Below the pieces are notes generated by a model. That model was not told where the DNA came from and made no database searches. It was given only the letters and a program-made list of their open reading frames with translations. 64,000 nt of DNA from Hyphochytrium catenoides (Eukaryota > Protista > Hyphochytriomycota): NCBI GenBank assembly GCA_900088475.1, contig FLMG01001651.1:14237-78236 (forward strand), in the 5' to 3' direction. Each line of letters begins with the position of its first letter. Positions within the stretch are counted from its first letter, which is position 1. This document shows, one piece after another, positions 24,543 to 37,500 of the stretch. The translations under genes and the position numbers were made by a program.

Positions 24543-27500
24543 CTAGCATGGATTCTTTTCTGGGGTCCAAGCGACGAACGGGAACGGTTCTCTGTCGGGA
24601 GAAGTAATGGTCCACACCTCTTGAGTTAGAAGGTCTGATGAGAGGATATTGGCATCATATTCTTCGCCCCTGTAAGTTCAGCCACCCAGGAGAAGGTTAA
24701 GTTAGGAGTGTCAAGTGTCGGAGAGTTACTGAATAAAGGCGAGCACTTACCCTTCAGGGCCTTGCTCACAAATTGCTGCAGGAAGGGCAAAGGCTCCTCC
24801 ATCGGGAGAGGAAGCTGACGATCGAGTTCCTGCTCTGCTTCTTCTGCGAAGGGTAGTAGCAGTCTGAGTGTTTCTTCGATGGCCTGTCACTCTCTCCTTG
24901 CCATTTAGTACAAGCTCCTCCACGACATTGGTCTGGAACCTAAGAAACACAGTTAGGGGCAGACTCGATTCGAAAGAATAGGATTATAGAGATGGACACG
25001 AATTCTTTATGGATAGTCCTGAAGTCACTGGTGGATGCGGCAACGATGGAGCGAACTGAAAGCGAAGCACAGGAGAACTGTGGCCATATCGTACCTCTTG
25101 GCATAGAGATCAGGTCTTATGCAGGAAATCCCATTCGCGGACTGGCCCAGGATGTACACCCTCAGACAATGCTCGAGCCTCTTCCTCCACGACCAGCGGG
25201 TCAAAATATCAATGATCCCAATGAAGTACGTGCCTGGACCCCTTACGACATTTGCCCTGATCCCTCCCTTGCTCCTCCTAAAGAACATAGGTCGACCTGC
25301 CGTCTGCTGACCGCTTCGCCAACTTGCTGTGTCGGATGGAGACGCAACTGAAACTCCCCCGGTTTCACCTCCTCGGGAAGAGGGTATGAGAATGGGACGG
25401 AGACCCGTAGAGGAAAGAGTGTGATTGTCGCAAGAAGAACTTTGCAGTGTTGGGGGATTCAAGGTTAGCGAAGGGCAGGAGGAGGTTGAACGAGGATTAG
25501 CTCTATGTCTCAGTGCGCTTCCTGGAGGGCTTTGTTGCATTGGACTCGCTCCTGGAAGAGAGGGTGACCGATCACTACGCATGAAGGTTGGTGTGTTTGA
25601 GACTCCGGCCACTGGCGGGGAGGAGGATGAGAGTATCTCTTCTCCTGCTTCAGGAGGGGCTTCGAAGGCTCTATAGTGTATCCCCACCAGCAGGCTGTAG
25701 TCAAGACTATTTATCTCGGCCAGAAAGAGTGAATCTGTGTGCAACTGCATGAGAATCTTGTTGGCCACAGAAGTTTCCACATCGAGTCTCCTTCCACCCC
25801 AATTCATGTCCTTTCCCACTGATTCACTTGCGTGTCGCAAGCCATACGCTTGGTTCGGACATGGGGCTTTGGACATACCTAGTGAGCAAAAAAATAGTCC
25901 AATGAGTCCCATGCCTTAAGGCTAGCTTCAGCCAATAAGCTGACTTTCTAAGCGAATGCAGTGAACCAAAGCATCAATAGATGGAATGGTGTTCCATTGC
26001 CGAGGGAAGGTAGACAGACAGAGAGAGAGACAGAGAGAGACACAGACAGGGGTGGAGAGAGAAAGAAAGACGGAGAGAGACAGAAAAGAAGAGATGAACA
26101 GACAGTGAATTAAGAAAGGCAGAAAGGAGAGGAATTGATCAGGTAGCAGCTCAGGGAAGAGCGAACAACGAAAAATGTGCTGAGGATTGGTATTGTGACT
26201 GCAGAAATGACAGGACAATGTTTGTCTGGGAAGCAGAAGGACTATACCGATGACAAATTTGGCGCCGCAATAATTGCAAATTGCTTTCCTCCCCGGCTCA
26301 TTGGATCGATCAATCCTGCCCACCCAAGAGCCCTTGAGATCGAACCGTTCATGAATTCTCAACGGAGTGTCAAAGACCGTCTGTAGGCAGATGAAGCGCA
26401 CGACCTTGTTGTACATAGTCAGCTCATACGCGCCGAGAATGCGGGCGATAAGTGTGTCTGGATTGTTCTTGAGGTGATCTGGAGTGAGTGGGACAAAATA
26501 TGAGAGAGAGACACACAGAGAGAGAGAGGGAGCGAGTGAGAGAACCGAAAAAGAGAGAGAGAGAGAGAGTGAGAATGAGAGAGATGCGAAAGAGTGGAAC
26601 CGACGGGAAACCATGGGTGGCGTGGGAAAGGGAGAAGAAACCTCAGCCTGAAGGACCTTCGTGGCCTTTACTGACCTATGTAGTTCGGCAAGATCTCCAG
26701 GAGGAAGTCCAGTTCGTCTTTCTTACACGTTTTCACTATGAAGCGATTATCTCCGGTGAAGTATAGAAAGGCCCCGCTTTTACCCTCGCTGTACTTCTCA
26801 CTGGCTTTTCCTTTGAAAGACTCCAGGAAGATGGTTGATTTAATGCCAAAGAGCTCCCTTACTGTCGCGAACTCTTGAGGCCTCTGGTCAGTGAACTCAA
26901 CCTTGTTGAAAGTGTCAGTGCCCGGAGAGAGTGTGTGCCGTCTTGATTGTTGCCTTAGTACGCCTCTTCCTGTCTTGATCTCCTCTTCAACCAGTGTGAC
27001 GCTGCGTGTAATCCCTATGGTGGTATAGTATATGATCTCATGCCGAAGCGCCCAGTTGATTGAGTCATTTTCCAACACTCTGGAGGAAGAGAGTGGGAGA
27101 AGGAAACATCAATAAAGAAGGGTATCTAAGCTACATTTGCGAGCCTGACACTATCAATCGTAGAAGAGATAGATAAGACACGCGATGGACCACAACAGTA
27201 GAGGCAGACGAGAACTCGCCAGAGTATAAGTAGGAGCGCGAGGACCCAATGTCTCCAGGGAGATTATGTTAAATGGATTGCATGAATGGCAAGTAAGATT
27301 GAGGAAAGAGTAGAAAGCGATGAACCTGTCCCAGTCATTTCTGCGCCAGGCCTCATACGCTCTTCGGATCTTGTTCGCCTTCGCCCACAAAGCTGCATTT
27401 ACTAAACCCTTAGCACCGGTAAGGAACTGCAGCATCGTGTTACATGGTCCGCAGTACGGAAGAAACATCAGGAGGGTGTAGACTCCACCGAGGAAGGTCC

Positions 27501-28502
27501 AGTAGAGAGTGAAGGCCTTGATGTAAAGCTGGGATTGGGATAGATCGTACAAGAGGATTATCCGCCAGATAAGGGTGTTTGCCCGGGGAAGGAAGAGTCA
27601 CGGGCGAAAGGCAAGTGAGTTAGTTACCATTTCTTTTCCATATGGCGGTGATTGTACCTTCAAGAGAGAAAGGACGTGTTGCCTAGCCGCAAAGGATTCT
27701 GGCAATCCTTTCTTCAGTCTTTGCTGTACGAAGAAGAAAATGATTGCCACCACTATGTAGATTGTGGCTATGGGAAAGACCAACAGGACGTAGGACCATC
27801 CGCTGAAGTCTAGACGAAGAGAGTGTAAGTCTCTTGGAGAACGCAAGAAGTGGCCCACAAGGTGAACCAAGACGACCCATAGAGACCTCTTGTGCACAGA
27901 CTTAGGGAGAGTTAACCTACCCGAGGCCAACTCGTTCTTTATCCAGCAGAATCCCAGTGCGGAGAGCCCACTCTTCCCGGAGTACCAGAGGATAACTGCG
28001 GATATGCTGCTCACTGTCCAGACGAAGATATGATAAGAGAGAATCTGGAGGAAATCTGTCTGAAATGGGTTCATGGTCTTCACATGCAGGTCCGCAGCAA
28101 GACATAGCAGATAGAGCTCTGTCCCTAGGAGGAAAAACTGCAGCGCGGTATGGTGAGCAAACAATTGTGTCGGAAACAGCGAAGCAAGGTACGCTAGCAG
28201 AGGAAGTGTACAAATGTCATCTCTCTTGAAGGAAGCGGCCAGTGATATGGCGCACGCACTTGTGAGAGAGGGCCTGTCTTGTCGCATCCTAGCTCATCCT
28301 CAGCTCCAACGCCAGCCAGGTAGATGACATTAAAGCCAAGGGAAAACACTGACATCCAGAATATCAATCCATTCGGATGGCTCTTCAATGGCAAGAAGAG
28401 CTGATACGAGATGATAACAAAGAGGCAAGATAACAACGAGATAATGGCCCCCGACACTTGGGCCACTGTATGGCCCGTGGCCCCGTCGTCATCCGTTGCC
28501 AT
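24543..28502 (-). CDS. GPCR-phosphatidylinositol phosphate kinase fusion (GPCR-PIPK, RpkA/GK type)
   Basis: cAMP-receptor-like 7TM region (HPNGLIFWMS, GFCWI, GLVNAALW), linker LRHEIIYYTTIGI (LR-x9-GI), then PIPK motifs SEGKSGAFLYFT.D.RFIVKT, RFDLKGS, DYSLLVGIH, GIIDIL and YAKRF, all joined by in-phase introns. Confidence 0.93.
26010..26130. repeat. GA-rich low-complexity tract in GPCR-PIPK intron
   Basis: Directly visible. Confidence 0.8.
26500..26592. repeat. (GA)n tract in GPCR-PIPK intron
   Basis: Directly visible. Confidence 0.85.
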
Positions 28503-30157
28503 GAGGGCTAGGGATCTGGAAGAGCAATGATCATCGGTAACTCTGGGACATTGCCCCTAACCGTGCTGCTTACTGAAAGCCAAGTTGTAGACACCTTAAG
28601 CACTGACTCATCCCTCTTAGAGAATCTTAACGTCAGCCTCACGCCGTGGGAGTACTGACTTCTGGTGCCAGAGGAAGTGCAAGTAGCCCGTCAATAAGGC
28701 AAATTGAGTTCAGTTCTTGCTGGATTTCGGTAGAATCGAATGAGACTCTCACTAGGTAAGGTTCCTTCGAGTAGCGCGGCGCAGGATCAGGCCCTGTCGA
28801 CTATCTCTGTGGCGGGCACTGAAGGAGGAGCTGCGGTTCGCGAGCAATGACCGCATCTCTTCCACCAGACAGAGAGATCTGTAACGCCCTCCTGGTAAAT
28901 TGACCAAAGAATCATCCTCTTGCCTGTCAAGTACAAGTAAGCCTTGCCTTGTTTTCAACAAAGTCTGTAAACTGGGAGTACTGCACAAGTGGCCTGAGAG
29001 ATTTCCACAAAGTTATTGACAGGGAACTTTCTTTTTTCACGTAAAGTTGCAGGATGCTAGTGAATATTAGCATTAATCCACAGTAAATATGATTGACTTG
29101 GACCCCTTGACCTACCAGTTCTGGTCATTCAGGTCTCAGGTCATGACGCTTCAGATCCCGCAGATTCATTTGAGATCTCTTCAGGATTGTCGTGGTGCTC
29201 TCGGTGGCTTTTATCACTACTCAGAAGTATGTTGGTGCTCTACTTCATTACAAATGGGACAAAGGTAGCAGTGACTAAAGCCGTAGAAGGGCTCAACACG
29301 ACGCGCACTTGGTTGCCGCCATTCCTGAGGAAGGTGGTGGAGACAGGTATTTTGACCTAGCGCTAAGAAAGAAGCCCTCGTCACCGTAACCTCTCTTGTC
29401 ATATACCCAGATCACTACTATCACTGAATTCATCTTCTGCCTAAAGGTGCACGCTTCGCTCATTCTGTTTCTGCGCTATCTCTTGTGGACTCCTCTCCCT
29501 ATTCCGTTGTCGATGAAAGCTAGTGGCACGATGAAGGAGCCTCTTTTGGTTACCTCAGAACTGGTGGTGGTGCGGATGAAAGGAGTGTTATATGTAGCAG
29601 CAGCGGGAGATAGACCGTGAACTCTTGGCATCATTACCACACTCGCCCAGCCATACTGTGGGTCAAGGACAAATGGAAGAATCAGCGATGACCGCCCCTC
29701 CATGGTTCTTATCGGGTCTCGGACTTGTTCATCATCAACAGCCTTAGTCGGTTCTACGGACTAGTGAAGATCTTGCTCCGGAGCAGAAACTCATAGCGCA
29801 GCCAAGAGACATCCATCTGAAAGGTGATTCCGATGCGATCGTACTCATTCGTTGCATTTACTTCTGACTTCGAGACCACCCTAGGGCAGCCTTCTCAAAC
29901 CTTTCTTCCTGCTTGGTCTAGACGGAGGAACAGCCCAGTCTTGACGCAGCCGTCTACTATAATGTTGATGACGGAGATAGAGTCTTGCTAATGAGCTGCT
30001 TGGGCTAGAAGTAAAATAGCCCACTTTTGACGCAACCGTACACTACAGCATTTCTTTTTCATCTCTTCAGAGCTAATAATCAAAGAATCCGATGTATCCC
30101 ACTGCGAGTCTCAAGTTCAGGGAAGTGCGGTTGATGTGGCTTCCTATTGGGCGCCAA

Positions 30158-30213
30158 NNNNNNNNNNNNNNNNNNNNNNNNNNNNNNNNNNNNNNNNNNN
30201 NNNNNNNNNNNNN
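30158..30213. other. Assembly gap (N run)
   Basis: Run of N. Confidence 0.99.
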
Positions 30214-31666
30214 GTCTTCTGAGCGAGGTTCCTGACGACAGATCAGTAAGTTCAGGTTGAATGATGATGACAATCTGCTTGTTGCTTTCAGTCACTTTAG
30301 GAGCAGATTCGAGGGGGAGGGAGCGTTCAGAAGAGGTAGCCGGGCCAATTCATCAAAGACATAAGAATGGGAGTTTAAACAGCGCACGTTGAATGATTGA
30401 GCACCAATATATGTAGCTCTGCAAGACTAGTAAGTGACAACGAGCCCGAAGAAGCTTCCTGATCTCTTAACACTAATCAAGGACGCCAACTACGGGGTGA
30501 TCGTACTCAATCCTTGTAATTTATTTCTCGCGACCATTCAGCTAGCAATGATAGCGCTCAAGATAAGGTCGCAAGAAGCAGCGTTCTCAAATGTTTCCTC
30601 TTGAATCGTTCACTGAGCAGGCTGCTCAGGCCTGTCTACCTTTGCACGGCTTACACTGATAAGCTGTATAGAAGTTAGCTGTAATCTGCTTGCTGTTGTT
30701 ACTGCTCTTCTACCTCATCTATCTTTTTGGTGGATAAGATTTGGCAGGCCGCATACTCGTTACTTCAATAAAGGTATGCCTGACATAAGCCCCATAATCT
30801 CTGACTGCAATGTTACACCGGTCGCTAGCCTTATCATGGGCCTTGTGACCGTCTTCCACATGGTAGCCAACCATGGCCAGGGCACGACAGCGAAAGAGCG
30901 ACCTCAATTAATAGACCTAGGAAACTATCGCCCCAGAGCTCCATCTGCACTCCTCCAGATCTTCAAGAATGGAGGTCTCAGATCTCAAGGAGGAATGTGT
31001 TCACAAACACAGTAAGGCATGCAAGACAACATATTCGGAAGGACATGAGCTTACAGAGGGCTTATTCCGGAGGAGGCAGTGAGGGATTATGAATCCTCAC
31101 TGTGTACAATACATCCTCTTCTCAGATGCTGAAAATAAACTATGGGAACGCGAAGCACAACACTGGCCAAGGAGGAGGAGGAAGGACCTGCACTTTACGA
31201 AAGACACAAGGACGAGGTGGGAAACGAGGAAGAGTTGTGAAGAACGGGAGAAAGAGTGACACCGAGATATATGGTTCACAATTACATTACAGTATAGCGC
31301 TTTAGAGAAACAATAGAGCACTAGATTGCGGGAGAGAACAGTGAGATAGCCAGAAGTGGAGCAGACTATTGCGGGTGCGAACTAAGATAACACTCTACTA
31401 TTTGTCCTTCTTCCTGCATCATCATTCTGATCGCTTGTCTGACTCCATTGCCATCTTCGAGGCTCGATCTCTGTGAGTTTTATAGAGCTTAGGCCCTGGC
31501 GCCCGTCACAGGTGTTTGCTGCAAGAAGATTTCATTGGAGTACGGAGTCTCTCGCCGCCGCTACTAGGTTGAACAGTTCATCTCTTGGGGTTCTGTGCTC
31601 GTCTTGGATACTCAGTGCGTTAGCTAGCCCAAGCTTGAGGTCCTTGTGTATTGCCGTTGCCACACA

Positions 31667-32512
31667 ATGGCCTACAATGGTAGAGGAGGTCGAGGTGATG
31701 CCTACAACCAAAGTAGGGGAGACCCCTATGGGCAAAGCCGCAACAATCCCTATGGCCAAGGAGGTCGAGGCTATGGTCAGCAAGGTCGTGGTGATCCGTA
31801 CGGACAAAATCGACGTGATACATACGGGCAAGGTAGGGTGCCCTCTGACCCCGCGGTTTTCGGTGAGTCACTTTCACGGTTGAAAACGAAGTGCTGTCGT
31901 GAGCCCGAACGCCTGCGACGTTTCTGAGTGCGTCCACAGTGCTTGACAACGCTGATTCGGATCATGCAGGCAATGACGACAACAGAGAAGCCCGGACGAG
32001 CCCGTATGTGACAGGAAGAGGCCTGAAGGATAGAGAGGACAGCATAGGTCTTCATTCGTCAGACTTCACTCAAATGAACCAGGAACAGCTGATGCAGGCC
32101 AGGCAGATGGAGGAAGCCAGACAGGTAACCTTTGACGCTATGCAAGGGTCGTTACTTTTGCCTAACGGACACTTTCCAAGGACCAATTGCTTGACAATAT
32201 CGGCAAGGGAGTGCGGAATATCCGCAATCAAGCACTAGGCATCCAGGACGAAGTGACAACACAGAATCGGATGCTGGATGATCTGAACAATGTAAGCGCT
32301 CGCAGTGACCATTCACTGCCCGAACTCATGCTGATCTCTTATGGACTCTGTTATAGAACGTCGACACCACACGGCAAGTCGTTGAGGTGCAGGCAGAGAA
32401 GGCGAAAGCGATTAACAAGAAGAAGAAGAAGATCTGCTTTCTGTACATCATTGTCATCGTCCTTGTCGCAGCAATTATCATCGTCCAGTTCGCCGTGCCT
32501 GATCTTGGCTGA
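31667..32512 (+). CDS. Qc-type SNARE (syntaxin-8/6/SYP5-like) with N-terminal RG/YGQ repeats
   Basis: Four exons; SNARE motif QDQLLDNIGKGVRNIRNQALGIQDEVTTQNRMLDDLNNNVD, a basic stretch, then C-terminal TM CFLYIIVIVLVAAIIIV. Confidence 0.88.
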
Positions 32513-34529
32513 GCCTACCAGTCCAAACACTCTGCACCTCTTGCAGACGACGGCAGTCAAAGAAAACGCCTTTCTTATCTTTCTTTATTTAAAGTAGTTC
32601 CCACTCGCATGGATAAACCTATAGCGCCGGTCCCGGGCGGTAGACATTTTTGACGCGCAACTAATGTCACTGCCATGGTGGAAGCGCTGCACTAGCTGTT
32701 ATAGAACGCCTAACACTATTGCTATACCAATGCTGATACCTTTGCTGCTGTCATCACGATTTCCACATGTTTCAGAGACGACTGAGGGATCAAGAATGTG
32801 CCGCATTGTTCCATACAGCGCTCTTCATAAAAGTTCAATATCCGCAAACTGCTGAGCAAGAGGAAGATTCTGAGGGTTGTTGCTGCTGAGTCTGCATTGG
32901 AGAAGTCAGCAGAGAGGAAGGAGAAGAGCGAGCTCAGGACCTTTAAGAGTGAAGAATGCAAACGGCGGATGGGAGTGCAGCGCATTAAGTGTCGCCAGCG
33001 GCGCCTTTCCTGAGTCTCTTAAGTCTTTTGCTGCCATCCTTTGTTCCCTGTTAGCCTACTTCTCCCTTGAGCCGGATCTCGTTGTCTGCTGCCTCAACAG
33101 CTCATTACACGCCAAGAGAGGGAAATGGAGAGGACAAATGCAGCAAGAGAAGAGACTGGAGATATTAGATTTGCTACTGCTAGAAGAGAGTGGAGTACAA
33201 TGCTAACAGAGAGTGGAACATTGAAGGGCATAGTAAGAGCACACGTTGGTTTAAATACAGGGTCAGTTGCGGAGTTCTCAAAGGAAGGGACTGCCGCACC
33301 TTGTAGCCTGACATTACCTCATGATGGCAAGCTGTCGCAGGGAAGAAAGGCTAACTGCCATAAGTCTCAATGCTCAGCTTCCTCGGCATGTTCCCACGAA
33401 ACAACTCAGGCAGGCAACCATGATATGCCCCGGCACTTCGTGCAGACCATTACAGGCTCCCTAGCAGATGGCGTGGGGATTAGCCGTACTTATCAGCCAT
33501 CATGTGCTTCTCTTCGACGTACCATCAAACGTCTTCCAGGACGCCGTCTTCCTCTTACTTCGCTGTTTCTACGCCTAATGTTCCTATCCTATCTGGTTCC
33601 TTGCGGATCTCTTCAGCCGTCATGTTGGAGGACTTACTTCTCCTCTCGCCAAGCCGACCCTCTGTGGCACTATCTACCGCCCTTTGACTACTGGCCTATT
33701 GTTCTCGCGAGATTTACTGTTCTACAAGGCTTCGGCATGATCAAGAACAGAAGCAGTGGCTGTCACACCTCTTTTCTGCTTCCTCTAACTGCTTGTCATC
33801 GCCCAGATAATTAGCAATCAACCTTGCTAATTTTTGGTTGACTTTGTTGCTTAGGCCGACACATGCCGCAATGGCAGACGTTCTGCCCTTTTGAAAGAAG
33901 ACTCAGCCTACCAGGCCGAGCAAGTCTTCGCCAACTCTTGCAGGTGATTCATCTCGCACTCTCTATATAGAGTATCATCCTCTAGTAGGTATAGGACCGC
34001 ACGAACTGATGGTAGACATCTCTGTAAGCCGAGCAGCTTGCCTTCATCGGCGATGACGGCGAAGGTGCTGCCGTGCAGCTTTCAAACTCTATGATGAGTA
34101 CTTTTTTAAGGAAGGATTGAGCTCTATGAATGATGATGGGATGATGGACTTGTTTATAAGGAGACAGCCAAAGCGCTGTTCTAAATCTGAACCTACTTAT
34201 AACCAAATCGTCATCAATATATAACCACCATTCTTCATCGGGATGAGTGAAAAGTTCAGAAAGATGTGTAAGGATCCTAGTCTTTTGTAAGTCGCAGTCT
34301 CCGTTATCATTCCTCCGCCTGTCTTCAGAATCTTCCTCCTTCGTACGCTGGCCCTTTGCTCATCGTCACGCTTCGCCCAAGATCTTAAGAAAGCCCTCAG
34401 ACGGGACTCTTCATTTCTACAGCTATTTGCTTGGGGATGATGTTGAGCGATCCAGTCAACAGATAATCCAAGGCCTAGTGACCCACGGAAGGAGCAGTCT
34501 GCGAGTCGTAGGAGGAGGATAGGACGATC

Positions 34530-37500
34530 ATGGATGATGAGCTGGATGATGAGGAGCCCGTCCTCAAATACCAGAGTGTCGGAGCCGATCTAGCTCACAT
34601 ACTTGATAGAGATAGCGCTACTGCCATCACTCTACATGAGAGCTTTGTTTGTGTAGGGACTAAGCAGGGCAGGGTGTATCTCTTCGACTTCAACGGGCAC
34701 GAGCTGCGCCGGTTCAGGTCTCACACTAAGCAGATCAATGACGTTTGCATTGACCAGTCTGGCGAGGTAAGTCTGCGTGTGAGAGGCTTCAGAAAAGATG
34801 ACTGTATAGAGCGCACAGCTATCCGTGAATCACCACATAGTCCTTTCCTTGACAGCTGACTGGTCACTCCTACTTTTCTTCCACTTGACAGTTTATTTGT
34901 AGCGGCGGCGAGGATGGTCTAGTCGTGATCAATTCTCTGTCCTCTCCGGAGTCGGTGCTATACAACTACTACCGTCCCGTGTATGCCACGCATTGCGATC
35001 CTTTGTATGCACACAAGAGGGAGAAAGGTAAGGAAAAGCACTTAAACAATTTCCTATCTATCAGCCTTTTCTTGAGAGATGGCCATCATGATGCCCGCCA
35101 CCTTCGGTGATTGACCTGTCTATCTCTCGTTCCGTCAAGTTCCTGGCTCTATTCCTGCTCCCAGCATGTGTGCTATAGCGCTGTATTCACTGTAGCAAAT
35201 GTCACGTTTCTCTCTGGTTTTACTCTTTACTCTTAGACCTTGAATCAACTCTTCTCCCTTTGCCTCCTGCAACCTCCATATATTTCTGACAGAAGTCATG
35301 CATTTTCCTCTTTCTCTCTTGCCCTTTCTTCTATGGCCCGGAACAGTATTTGTGGCTGGTGGCTCCTCAGGCCAGCTTGTGGTGAACAAGCGAGGATGGA
35401 TTATCGAGAACGAAAACGTTATAGACGAAGGGGAAGGACCAATCGAGTGCATCAGATGGAAGGGATCGTTGATTGCCTGGGCTAATCATTGGGGTGTGAA
35501 GGTCAGAAGAAAAAGATATCAGCACTTCATGTCTATGATGTGGTCCTCTAAATCTGATGCACTCTTGTCGTCTTTTGCCCCGGGAGCTAAATGTGGGGAT
35601 TGGCCTTCTCTGTCTGGGGTTCTCTTCTCTTCAACTACTTCTTTAGTGCTAGGTACCCAACGCGCATGGCCCGCAATCGACACCATGGGTCTTATTATAC
35701 CGCCTATTTCTCTTACTTTGTCTCTGACGAATTCATTGCAGGTTTATGACATAGAGCGACAACAGCGAATAACTTTTGTTGAAAAGCCGTCCGAATGTCC
35801 TCCGCATGAAGTCGCACGATGCTGCCTCTTCTGGGAAAGTGACAGCAACCTGCTTATTGGCTGGGGAGATACAATCAAGGTCCTGTTTGATTGGAGTTCT
35901 CCATTTCCAGCCATGCTACGATTACTTTTCGAACCCATCCTCTCTTTGTCAACAGTTCCAACGGCCCTTCTCCTACCTTACCGTTCCCTCTCTCTTTTTC
36001 CTCTGGTCACCAAAGCCAAAGTAACTGACTTGATTGTGCTTTGGCTTGAGACTCATGCCATCCGTTCGTTCATTTTGAATTACCAGATTTTGGAAGTAAA
36101 GAAAGGGGTTGGCTCGGTCAATGGCACAGTGCAAGCTTCTACTTCCTCGCGCTATGGGGAGCTGACGGCCATCTATCAGCTAGACTTCCTCATAACTGGT
36201 GTTAGTGCCTGGAATGCAAGCACCATAGCAGTTTTAGGCTACATCCCACCGGGGGCTGATGAGGTAGGGCACAGAGATTTGTTGAAATCCGGGAAGGAGG
36301 AACGCAGGCAACTGGGGGAGATTCAGCAATCTCCTTTTCAGTCCTTAGGAATGGCCCAGTGAGCTAAACCTCTGCTCTAAGAGGGACGTAATGCTTAGGA
36401 AGGGACAAGAGGCAAAGTTGGGAGAGAGAGTAAGTAGTAGACCGGCACTAGAGGAATCATTAACTAGGGATTGGGGCGGCGTAGACCGTTAAGGGCTGCA
36501 ATAATCGATCTGTGCATCTAGGATGATGAAGGGGAGGAAGAAGGGGAGGGAAAGCCGCTCGAGGTTCCCTATCCAGAGTTGCATCTCCTATCAAGAGATA
36601 GCGGAGACGACATCATTGCTGACTCACTTCCTGTTAAAGGGTAACCCGTCTACATATCGCCTGCACTTCATACATGAGCATCCGTCTGCAACTTGAGCTT
36701 CCTGATCCTTGATAAGAACATGCTGCGATGATACTCTCTTCTTCTAAACAAAGGGGTTCGAGAAAAACTCTAACTTCTCTGTGCTCTAATTATGGGTAGC
36801 TACGCCAAGCTATCAGCTTTGGATTATAAGCTGGCCTCCACTTACTCCTTTCAGGATATTGATGAGCCTCCGATCCTTTATATCCTGTCGCCTAAGGTAG
36901 CTTCTCTCTTCCTTGATTAATCCGTTCCGAGATCTTCTTTATTTACCTAGGAACTCTGATGCTATCCCTCTGCTTAAAGATACATCTAATGCGTAATACT
37001 TCAGGAAGTGATAGTGGCCAGGAAGCCTAGCGCGGACGACCGAATTGCTTGGGCATTGTCAAAGGAGAATTACCTGAAAGCCTTGAGGATTGCTCAGCAG
37101 AGCCCGTTTCCTTTAAAACGACATAAGATGATCAACTTGGTATCGAGATTTCTCCTCAGTTCCTTTCCTTCAATGGCTGCCCCGCATTGATCATCACTTC
37201 CTCACCTTCCAGGTCGACTACTACCTAGGAGACCTCATTGCACGAGACGAGTACGGCCAGGCAGCGAATGAGTGTCCTTCGTTATTAGGAGAGGATGGGG
37301 TTAGCTGGTCCCGGTGGCTAAGAGTCTTCGCGCAGAAGGGGCAGATAACTGTTCTTGCTCCATTCATACCTGTTGAGAAACCTCGACTGGGAAAGGAAGA
37401 GGTATACGGAGTAACTAGGAAGCGATGAATTCGAAGCAAAGCATGAGTGGTCTCTTGTGATTCTATTGGAGCCTTCACGCTTATAACCACGGCTCCACTT

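Noticed and set aside
30719-30910. MVGYHVEDGHKA..VRD as a copia post-integrase fragment
   Set aside because: Similarity too weak and short.
28700-31400. Hidden gene between GPCR-PIPK and the SNARE
   Set aside because: Only short stop-interrupted frames around an assembly gap; nothing supportable.
33125-33814. 229-aa ORF as a gene
   Set aside because: No motif or coding-like composition and no splice support.
33982-34350. WWLYIDDDLVI (minus strand) as a glycosyltransferase DxD motif
   Set aside because: Short frame with an upstream stop and no coherent gene model.
35134-35166. Second tRNA-like 3' half in a VPS41 intron
   Set aside because: B-box has two mismatches and there is no 5' half.
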